A stretch of DNA of 64,000 nt, from assembly GCA_013115145.1 (NCBI GenBank), contig JAAPAO010000030.1, forward strand, positions 58,870 through 122,869. Reading direction: 5' to 3'. The position numbers were made by a program, and so were the translations under genes. The stretch's first letter is position 1, and each line of letters opens with the position of its first letter. Source of the stretch: Perkinsus chesapeaki ATCC PRA-425 (lineage: Eukaryota; Protista; Perkinsozoa). Positions 50,983 through 64,000 of the stretch are shown here, one piece after another. Under the pieces are notes generated by a model. It did not search any database and was not told where the DNA came from. It saw only the letters and a program-made list of their open reading frames with translations.

Positions 50983-52644
50983 ATGGCTAAAGATAAATCG
51001 GACAAGGCAGCCAGTGGGCCCAAACCTGCAGTGCCTGGTTTAGATGGAACGTAATAGCCTGGCTTTAGGGAGAGGACGAGGAGTAGGCGATATCCCTCGG
51101 CGATATCAGGTTCTATATGGCGTATCCCATTTTTTCAATGTGTTCGGATGAGCATGGTCTAGTCATTACTGGCGGCGGTGGAGGAGGAAAAGAATATGGA
51201 GTTTTGGACTTTGTAATTTTCCTGGACCCTTCCTGGATTGGCCAATAGATTTTAGTGTGTAATGACAGATTCAAGCTCATGTGTATGACGAGCCCACCGC
51301 GTCATTCACCACAGTGTCATCTATAGAGACCGGCACGAAGGTCTGTTATGACCTCACATACTGTCCAGCGGTAACAACACCTCGACATACAACTCGACTT
51401 GGTATTAATCCTCTCACAGATTGACCGTTTTGCTGCCGCTCTCACTAGCGAGTGTTTGATCTTACGCTTTGATGCAACCTCTCTATCGCTTACCTGCGAG
51501 GTAGTACCACATTAACCCACGGCTTCAAAGAGGCCCACTAGTAGGCCCGATTCATAGCAGAGCAGAGCAATCCAGGCCAGACTGTCTGCAATGTGGTCCG
51601 GTATAGTCCATCCGGAGCTGAGCTACTGACTGGCGGTGATGATGGTGTCGTTAGGGTAGGTGTGAATGTAGATGGGGCAGCGACCGATGGTGGTGGCAGG
51701 TATGGAACTTAGCATCATCGACAACAACACCACGGCTTGCATTGGACGACCATCATAAGGAGATAGTCGACGCTGAGTGGGCTCCTAGCGGCGAACGTTT
51801 TGTTACTTGTGGAAGAGATAGGTCTGTTAAGATATGGAGGTACTAGGAGGGAGAGTCAGCTCCGCCAGTTAACCTCGATAATCTTGATCAGTGGTGATGG
51901 ATCTTGTACGGATACTATCATACCGGAGAAGGTTAAGGCAGTCGCTCCTTTGGCCAAGTTTGCTCGCTTCGTCAATGACACATGTTTAATAGTTGCCAGC
52001 CACGGTCCTAGAGGGCCCTCCTGGCTCACTGTGTAAGCCCTGGAGTAGGACCAATTGACAGGAGGACTGTCGTCCGTAGGTATGATGTGGGGTCGGATGG
52101 TAAGGCTAAGGAGGTGAAGAAGAGTCAGATATCTAAAGCTGTTATATGCAGTATGAGCATTAGCCAGGATAGGGCTAGAGGAGTCCTAGGCTTTGTAGAC
52201 AGTACTCGAATGGTAGTAGCCGCCATTATTGCCAACGCTTCATTGTGGCAGTGTACAAACAGATAATAAACTTGGCGCCGATCAGCATGGTATTCAAGAA
52301 CACATCCGTGGTGCATGAGATGCCCCCTGGCAAAGCTGCCTTTGTACGTCAAAAGCATTTCTCAATAATCTCATATCGCTCTCTCCTCTAAGGTGCTTGA
52401 TAAGCATGTAGTATGTACCGCCTCAGCCGATTACAGCGTTAACATTTGGAACATTAAAAAGCCAGCTAAGAACCACACCTTAGGTTGCTGTTGGTGGATG
52501 ATCTTCCTCTTTACCCTCATCGCCTTCTTCTACTATGCCTATCTGTAATGGGGCCCTCTCGTATAGGTACCACAGAAGCTTGATATCAGGTACGCTGTAA
52601 AGGAGGGCCACTTCGGTGGTGTGGGGAGGCTGGACGAGCTTTAG
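50983..52644 (+). CDS. SEC12: SEC12/PREB-like Sar1 GEF (WD40 plus C-terminal TM)
   Basis: YPIFSM...ITGGGGGGKEYG (Sec12 K-loop region), WD-like strands, CTASADYSVNIW, and TM segment WWMIFLFTLIAFFYYAYL. Confidence 0.75.
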
Positions 52645-52693
52645 GGCAGCGGTACTGCTATCACCATTCAGTGTGATCGTTGTTTCTAATACC

Positions 52694-54071
<1,378 letters not shown>

Positions 54072-55000
54072 TAGCGCTGTGCGCTACTTAGCGGCATCAC
54101 AGTAGGAGGTCCGTCACATAGTGAGAGCGCCAACTGCTGGTCAACTGAAACCTACGAGGTAGACTACAGGCGCCATGGGTCAATTAGATCGATTTGTCGG
54201 TCGACTAGATGATACCACTCGACTGACGGGTAAGACGGTGTGCCTTGCCAGGCCCTCGACGAGACGATTCGTGGAAGAACGAACCAAGATCTTTCAGTCA
54301 TGCAGCCCAACATAGCGTCTAACCCTGAAAATACTGGAGGACCCGTTGTTGAGGTGCATCCCTAATCCAGGATGATGAATCCTGACCTTTGCTTAGATAC
54401 GACAAGGAGGAAAGGAGTCTGCATTGGGTAGAAGTGTGGCCGCCGAGGCCCTTGAAGGTGCCGGTACCCTTTGGAACATAGGAACCCAGTCACTTGCTAC
54501 AGCTTCAGAGGAAACCGTGTCGAATTTCCGCTTCATGGAAGCACGACCACAGAGTCAAGAAGACAATGAAGTATCCGAGTTGTAAAACCCCACTCTGTCG
54601 TTCCTTTACCGCGTCTAGTACATGGCCCTTCGCAGATACGAGTTCAACTTCCTCCGTCATCTACCAGTTGGAAGAAATAGCGACTAACCATTCACTCGGA
54701 CAGCATTCAGCTACTACGGCAGTGTCGGTGTTGGACTGACTCACACTAATATATCTTGTATATTAACGAACACACTGCCGGCAAAGCATCATGTACCATG
54801 GACTCCAGCCGATAATTTCTGGCGAGACTTGCCCTTGTGTTTTTGCTGCTTACTTGTCGTTGAATGCGGTATACTGCGTAACACAATAATATTACCATTG
54901 CTGAGTAACTTGACATCAATCGTAAAGGGAAGCAGTCAACAGTGTTGTTATTAACTATCGTAATTGAACGATAACGTTCAAGAGACGACGGCAAAGATAA

Positions 55001-56940
<1,940 letters not shown>

Positions 56941-57590
56941 TACGGTATGAATAAAGTGCTCTAATAAAGGACATCTCCGTCTAGTTTCCAAGCCCACCGT
57001 GCACAGGTTCGATCCTCACCGACGTCAATGTGGATATGTGAGGATAAACAAATAGGTCTATGGGTAGGCGGACTATCGAATGTGCGTCGTCGTTTATTCT
57101 GAACCGTATTTTTGGCTTACTCGAGGAGCGATAGTGGTATTGCTGTTGCACAAAAGGGGACAAAGCTTAAGTGGCGCAGTTTGCAGACAAACAGCAACTG
57201 ACTTACCAGAAATACACCAATTAGGACGGACGAGCACACTGGGAGCCAGCCATGGCCAGAAACACCGTACAAGGGAAATCGAGTGATGCAGCTACCGATG
57301 AGATCCAGAAGGAATCTTACCAGTAGGAGACGCACCAGGATTAAGGGAACAGACCGGAGCTCATTGGCGGTCCCATTGGAAGCATTCCGACTGGCGAGAA
57401 CATACTCCAGAGAAACACCACAGAATCGAGAACAGGCGGAAAGCCTTCTCGATTGGAGACTAAGGAGATAGAAGGAGACAGCGGAAACACACAATCGGAG
57501 ATTCAGTGGACCCGCTCCTACGTGCAGTGGCGGGCATGTGTGATATTCCCGGGCAACTATATAACACTACACCAGGTAGTAAAAGAGGAG

Positions 57591-59193
57591 TTAAAGGTCA
57601 TCATAAGCAATGACACCTCTAGCAGCTTTAGCTTGCCGCACTTCCGGGCGTTCCTCGTCTACTGGTATCGGAGTCGCCACCGGAACTTCCCCTGTGGCCG
57701 CCGCCAACTCATTTGCTTTACGCGTGGCAGTTATTCGGCGATACCTATTGCGGGCCTTATTCCAATACATCCACCATCACTACCGTTTGTAAGTCTCGGA
57801 ATCTGGGCGGACCTTCCTATCTCTGCCCATGTCATCCTGCACCACCACAAACTCCTCTGTAGAGCCCTCCGGTACCTTGAATGACACCCGTCATCGGCAG
57901 ACCGATAACACCGGCACTCACGATATCAGCATCATCAATAAGCAGTTCTTCCTCAACAACATCTGAGTACTCATGAGCAGCCTTCGCTCGCTGTGACACT
58001 ACAGGCCTGACCAACGACATAGCATACCTTCATACGGTGAATGTGACCGACTCTTCAGCTTCGACTGTAGTGTCCTCTGCCACCGCAGCTGTAGCAGGCA
58101 AGGGTTCCTCAACTGCCGCTGGTATGTACTTCCGTCGTTTGGTCTGGGGCACTGGACCTATATGCAATAGGTGTAGTGGCACCAGAGACTGCATTAACCC
58201 CTCCTATATCCCCTCCTATATCCCCTCCTATACCACCGACCTTATTACTCTGCGGTAGACCATTAAACCACGTATCGGGTTTGTTGGGCCCTCCCGTTTG
58301 AGCCTCCTCCTCCTCTGTTTGAGTGCTCACTGTACTCATGCTCCGTGACTCGTAGGTAGCTGCATCATAGTACCTTTCCATACCATTTCCAGGTAGCCAT
58401 TAAAGACAAGTTAATTACTTCACAAATGGCTTAAACTCCCTCTCTTCCTCAAGAAGGGCATCGGCCATGGTGCCTCCAGGGCTCAGCGGCTCCACGTCAT
58501 CCTGCCGAAGCTCCAATGCGTGTAATGGTGAGTCAGTATCCATCTCAAGCAGCCCTATGATGACATTCCCTACCACCGCACTACAACACAAGCACAGCGA
58601 TAGTACAAAGGAAACTACAACGCACCAACAAGACTACAGTCTAGTCACACTCAGCACTTAGTGCCCGTAGGGAAAAAACTGAAGTTGTATCTGAACAAGG
58701 AGGTACAGTGAAGCAATGCCGGTAAGCAACGGACCTCTTCTTGGTAGGAACCACGTCATAGATGTCAGCGTCACCGGCGTACTTCCTCACATATTGACGA
58801 TCACCGGGGGCAAAGACAAAAGCTAAAAATATACTACACAAAAGGGCATGTAGGGCGGCTGACCTACCATCATGCTTCTTGGTATCAGCTCCATCTACTC
58901 CGAACCTCTGTCGTATCTCATCATCCATAACCTTCCATGACCACTTGCTCCCATAAACCCCACCAAAGAGACCTAATCCATCCCCATTACAGGAGACAGC
59001 ATTCGCTAGTATTACCACTAAACGAAGTGGACCAAGCTTCCCAATATATGGCTGTAGTCTGCAGGCCGTTCTCCATACCGCTCCCTCCCATAAGGGAATC
59101 CTTAACCAACTCTGAGTAGCTCAATGGTGCAGACATGTATTCTCGAGTAGTAGACCAAAAACCTTCTTCTCCTCGCTGCTGCGTGTTACCCAT
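57591..59193 (-). CDS. Hypothetical membrane protein with a possible N-myristoylation start (MGNTQQ)
   Basis: Minus-strand exon chain 58987-59193, 58641-59018, 58109-58381, 57832-58020, ending ...AARGVIAYDDL*. Contains hydrophobic segments. Confidence 0.5.
58198..58235. repeat. 12-nt microrepeat (cccctcctatat) x about 3, encoding IGGD repeats on the minus strand
   Basis: Visible in the sequence; ORF 58109-58381 reads GGIGGDIGGDIGG. Confidence 0.8.
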
Positions 59194-59357
59194 CTCCTAT
59201 TAACTCAACACTAGAATGCCTTAAAAAGGACCATACGACACATGTAAATAGATCTGCTGTTGCTGCTGCTGCCGCAGTAGGCCACCCGTAGTGCTAATAA
59301 CGATAATGCGACTCGTCTCCGGGCCGCTGTGCAAAATGATGGTAATAAGAAGAAGGA

Positions 59358-60287
59358 TTAGAGATCTCCTCGAGGCTTCACCCAGTTGATCTTATGCTCT
59401 GGAGCTTCCAAGTAGAACAGCTTCATGTCCACACGATACCTAATAACATGGCAAACTTGTGAAGGATTCCACGGCGGCGGCGGTGGCGGCTGCTATCCTA
59501 CTGCCGGTGCTGTATCACATAGAGGTGACCAAAGTAGAATCCGAGGAATATACCGATGAGCCAATCACGGAAATAATGGCGAGAATAATAATCACCTTGT
59601 ACTCGTTGACGGAAGGAATACCATTTACCGCACCAAGCGACCTGAATGAGCATTTCAACAACAACAACGATGATGCATATCATCATGTCTACGTAGTTCT
59701 CATGCTTCATCTCTTCGGCTGTCCTGTAAGGGAGAGGGATACGGTGACGATAGATCTTGAGGGGCTTGGCGAACTTATAGAACATTTCCTCATAGTCATC
59801 GTAGGTCATATCCCCCATTATTAACTGAAAGCCATTAACGCGGACCTTAGAGCACAGCACCGAACCTTATCGGTATAGGGCTTCAGCTCGGGGGTATCAT
59901 CACCGAGCTTCTTCAGGAATGGAAAGTACTGAGGTGGAATGTAGTAGGTGTGGCGGATCTGGGTGGCTGAAAATGATCCTTTTATAGGGCCCATCGAAAC
60001 AACGGCGCCTACAAAGCTCCGGTGGGATGTGCGCTGGAACGCCGAACTCATCACGGGGAATCTCTTCGAATTCAAAGTCCGCTTCGCAATCGTAGTTAGG
60101 ATCGTCGAAGTAGGTTACATAGTGGAATGGGTATCCTACAGTGGAGTCGGAGGAATGCAACACACGATCGTTACCTCCATTGTACATAGTGCGCCTTTGC
60201 AGCACAGATCCGAGCCCGACAACACTGCTAAAGCGTTGACTGCCGATCAAGCCTCGGTTTACACGACTTAGCAAACGTGATGCCATG
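59358..60287 (-). CDS. Myzozoan-specific mitochondrial cytochrome c oxidase subunit, ApiCox35-like
   Basis: Presequence MASRLLSRVNRG; blocks HTYYIPPQYFPFLKKLGDDTPELKPYTDK, MGDMTYDDYEEMFYKFAKPLKIYR, a single TM, and C-terminal YRVDMKLFYLEAPEHKINWVKPRGDL*. The family assignment is from recall and was not searched. Confidence 0.6.
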
Positions 60288-60752
60288 TCGAAGCGCGAAA
60301 TAACTCTACAAGGATTTACTACACTCACCCTCCTTCAGTGTAGTAGAAGCATGCGAAGTAGTTTAGCGCGCGCCAGGCTGATCGATTATGTGTCCATGTT
60401 GGCACGTCTAAACAGAAGTACGATATCTTGTGCCAGTCAATGACTTTTGTGTTAACGTTAGTTAGGCATTAGATAGAATACGGGCTATCCTGCCATGTTG
60501 TTCTCAGCCTCACACATGCAGAATGATAGGCTTAAACGGTGTTGAACAGTTACTGTTCGAAAGTGTCACGATAAGTGTCGATCTAACTTATCGATTGAAG
60601 CACCTCCCTGGTATAGCTTCGATGTAGCAGTGCAAGCCAGAGCTCTCTGGCGAGTATAACATCCAGTTGCGCTACGGGAACTATCTTTGCAAATGTGTTA
60701 GCGAATCAATCGCTCCTCTCCTCCTTCAGTTCCTTACGTTACTCTTATTTCT

Positions 60753-62450
60753 ATGCGGGCAACCTACCGTTCCTTGTTACTCCTCGCATTTGGAGTATCC
60801 CACGCAACTGCTACTACCGACTCCTGTTCGGCAGCGTGTTCCTCAGTTACTGGATGCTCCTCATCTTACTGCATGACGTGGAGTAACCCGCCCGTTTGTC
60901 ATGGTTTAACCAAGATGGCTGACGGCTCTGTCTGTCTTGATGGTTCCTCATCTTGCACTGGTTCTCCCCTATTATGTTCAGAGTCTCCTAACCAACCGAC
61001 TAAGCCGTCTCAGAAGACTACATCGAAGCCAGTGAGAACCACAACTAAAAGCTCTTTCCGGGGCACCACTACATCGACTACTACGAAGCGGCCGGTTACT
61101 GCCGACCCATCCAAGCCCACTGCTGCTCCTCAAGGTGGCGACTGCACAGCGATTTGTAACTCCTTGAGCGGCTGTTCCACCTCTTATTGCACCGATTGGG
61201 CATCTCCTGCCGTTTGCCATGGTCTTGGTACGACTGCTAGTGGTGAGCCTTGTGTCGCTGGAGAGCCGTCTTGCACTGGCCCCTCCGTGTTGTGTGGCAG
61301 CACCTCTGATGATACCAACGATGACGAGGTGATAACAGAGACTACTGCCAAGGTCTCCATATCCACTGTACCCACTGTTAAGCCTTCTTCGACGCTTCCA
61401 AATGACAACCTACCTGAGGAGTCTACTCCTAGCGTTTCTGGTTGCCCGGCTTCTCTACCTGAGTCTGATGTATTCTGGTGGATTGAGTGGCCCTCTATGG
61501 ATCAGTCTGTTGATGCCTGGACTACCTATTATCAACGTATATTCAAGCTCCTCACTGAGAACTGTGCATATATGCGTGTGACGAAGCTTATGCTCCGCGT
61601 TCTAGACCCAGAGTTCCCCGCTGGTGCGAGTGCTGCCCAAAAGGTATGGTATCCTAATGGCGACGTGACACAGAGTGTCATGTTTAAAGAGCTTCTCTCG
61701 AAGCTTGGTCAGACAGCTGTGCGAGAGGTCGAGATGATGCCTTATGTTTTCGACGAGCCATCGCGCCAGTCTTGGTTGAAGTGGGCTCCCGAAAATGGTG
61801 GCCCCATGTCTGGTGCTTATGCTTTCGCTGCAGAGTATAACAAACACCTTTCTGGTGTGAAGTTCACTGGCCTTACAACGGACTACGAGGAGCTAATGCA
61901 ATCCACAAGTGATTACGCTCTTTTGACTGATCCTAATGGTGAATCCGCTTTCAAGGGCGGCCATATGGACCTGGACTTTGGTATTGGTCTTGGATACTAT
62001 CAGTGGTCAAGATTTCCCCTCTATACTTGGACTCAGCACTTTTACATGGAAATGTATGATCTAGTGACCCCCTTCGGAGGAGTTGATAACACTGAACAAT
62101 CACGTTTCTTGCTTTACAAGAATGACCCCCAAGCTATGGTTAACTACATTGTTAGCGAGGTATTGGATTCCAACACTCTTTCTGTCTATTCGGAGTATAG
62201 CGATAGGGCCCATCTCATGTGGTCTATTCAATCAATGGGATTGCCCTGTCAGTATCCTTTGAATGATGGTAACTGTGGAGCTAATCATGAGTTTGGTGAA
62301 TGGTCACCTCAAGCTTTAAATGATTTCTTGCATTTGATCCTTCCTGCTCTCGGTACTGGGCAGCAGCAAGGCATTTACCAATTGGACTATCTTCCTTATC
62401 AGATGATGCCCGCCAATATGCGTGGTTGTTATAGCTTTGGCTGCAATTAG
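60753..62450 (+). CDS. Intronless secreted protein: signal peptide, two 8-Cys modules, Thr/Pro linkers and a divergent GH18-like domain (paralog 2)
   Basis: Signal MRATYRSLLLLAFGVSHA; two CxxxC...VCHGL...LC modules; FTGLTTDYEE and FYMEMYD motifs. Confidence 0.8.
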   Translation: MRATYRSLLLLAFGVSHATATTDSCSAACSSVTGCSSSYCMTWSNPPVCHGLTKMADGSVCLDGSSSCTGSPLLCSESPNQPTKPSQKTTSKPVRTTTKSSFRGTTTSTTTKRPVTADPSKPTAAPQGGDCTAICNSLSGCSTSYCTDWASPAVCHGLGTTASGEPCVAGEPSCTGPSVLCGSTSDDTNDDEVITETTAKVSISTVPTVKPSSTLPNDNLPEESTPSVSGCPASLPESDVFWWIEWPSMDQSVDAWTTYYQRIFKLLTENCAYMRVTKLMLRVLDPEFPAGASAAQKVWYPNGDVTQSVMFKELLSKLGQTAVREVEMMPYVFDEPSRQSWLKWAPENGGPMSGAYAFAAEYNKHLSGVKFTGLTTDYEELMQSTSDYALLTDPNGESAFKGGHMDLDFGIGLGYYQWSRFPLYTWTQHFYMEMYDLVTPFGGVDNTEQSRFLLYKNDPQAMVNYIVSEVLDSNTLSVYSEYSDRAHLMWSIQSMGLPCQYPLNDGNCGANHEFGEWSPQALNDFLHLILPALGTGQQQGIYQLDYLPYQMMPANMRGCYSFGCN

Positions 62451-63778
62451 TAGCCTAAACTCGCAAATTTTCGCATTCTTTCGTGCTATTCTTGCTATTT
62501 TACCTGCTATTATAGCCCTTTGAGTTTGCGCCTTTGACCGATAGCGACAAACCCTCTATGAGGGGCCTTCGCTATCACTTATGTGCAGTATTACGGTGTT
62601 GTGACTAGAAGTATTCTGACACTTGTCCACAGCGCTGTAGCTGCTCGTCTCCTTACTGTTTTCCCCAACTGTATCATCCTATTTACACTCGGGTATGTGA
62701 ATATATGTTTACTGAGCCTCATCTAATTATTCGAATGTCCGATCCCAGTGAGGATCCATCAGCTCTAGATCCTTGTTGAGTTTGTTATGCAATCATGTGA
62801 TTTCGACACCAACGGATCTACAACCGAGACTTTCTGATGTCGTGACAAGAAAAAAAGCCATTCAACGGAACATCGTGCCTTGAAACGGTAGAAGTAGACA
62901 CTGTCTCCTAGACAGAGTTCATCTATCGAGTTGCTTGAGATCACAAGAGCTCTCATAAATACCAAAATATTCTAATGTGGGCGTCACACCCTCAGTGATA
63001 CCACTCTCTATGACGCTTGTATGAGGCTAAACTTGTCTAATCCGACCTTATACCAGCACAATGGTTGCGCGGCGCAACCATTGTGCTGGTTTCCTGGACC
63101 CGACTGTCCCGAGGACCAGAGAGATATTATCCCGGTTCGGTCCATAGAGCTAGTGACGGAGAATTGAATATGGAAAGCCCACCTCGCGTCGATAGTGAGG
63201 CTTTTGGATTATTACTCCTTTCCCGACGAAGGCAGTCTTTGCAGCGCAATTCCTCGCCCGCGCAAGGACTGTGCTGGACCTAGGAGTCCGCTTCTGAAAC
63301 GACCGCCGTTCAACGATCACTCGATCCTTCGAGTTTCTTGCCTCAAATCCGGAGGCTGCAGACACTGTCAGACTCTCAAACATCCCAAAGTAATCAGCCG
63401 ACAACGATTCTGGCTAGATTAAAAAAGAGTAAAGGTGCGGGGTGACATGTCCCATTATCACATGCACACCTGCTCCACCGTCGCGAGAGTAGAATCTTAC
63501 TGGCCTCGCATCGCCAAGACGAGTTACTATGATATACCTACGTTAGATACACTACTTGGTGTATCTTCTTCTTCCACGTCGGAACCATGCCCGAATTCAT
63601 TCTAAAACTTGCCAGAATCCTAAATTCTGGCTTTTGTGCGAAAGCGCCACGCGCCGCTTGTCAACAAAAGCTGTGGAAGCACTTCATGTACGTCACCTAT
63701 GATTCCGATACAACAACATTTGTTCGTTATTTCCCCTTTTCAGCAACTGCTACACTTCTAGAAGTCTCCCCTTTCTAA

Positions 63779-63910
63779 ATGCTTACCCGCTTCATCGTTC
63801 TCAGTGCTGCTTGCGCCGCAGCTCTCGGCGATAACTGCCAGGCTCTTTGTGATTCTCACCCCGCCTGTGCTAAGTTGTTAACCATCAGGGAACTCAAGGA
63901 ACCAAAGTGA
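63779..63910 (+). pseudogene. Truncated secreted Cys-module gene (signal peptide plus the first part of a module)
   Basis: MLTRFIVLSAACAAALG-DNCQALCDSHPACAK then unrelated LLTIRELKEPK*. At 43 aa it is below the ORF-track cutoff. Confidence 0.5.
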
Positions 63911-64000
63911 GGCAAGAATCTGGAAACCTAATCTTAACTTAGTACATTAGTAGCAGTACTAGCGTCGAGCTGAGCTTAAGGCTCCATTGTTGTGCAGTTG

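Noticed and set aside
62760-63780. Short ORFs possibly from a retroelement
   Set aside because: No RT, integrase, gag or transposase motifs are recognisable.

Overview
Gene-dense, intron-rich eukaryotic DNA with mostly 35-50 nt GT-AG introns. It most likely comes from a perkinsid alveolate (Perkinsus-like). This is inferred from a myzozoan-type cytochrome c oxidase subunit, Cys-rich secreted proteins and the short-intron architecture. Because of splicing, the ORF track fragments most genes; the gene models here were assembled by eye and their boundaries are approximate. Recognisable genes in order: PUF RNA-binding protein (partial), MDM35/TRIAP1, a Glu-rich repeat protein, two tandem SLC35F-like transporters, a PTEN/tensin-like protein, DNA polymerase kappa, IFT43, TRM10, PRP24, CIAO1, CHMP7, a small MGCxxS protein, cytochrome P450, VIT1, BDP1, ThrRS, ATG7, a CID-domain protein, ISCA, SEC12, a Cdc15-like kinase, deoxyhypusine synthase and an ApiCox35-like subunit. 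Genes are arranged in same-strand blocks with very short gaps, and a degenerate tRNA-Thr-like element sits at a convergent strand switch. The best candidate for an undescribed system is a family of intronless secreted proteins (48285-49571 and 60753-62450, plus a truncated relic at 63779). They combine one or two 8-Cys modules with a divergent GH18-like domain.
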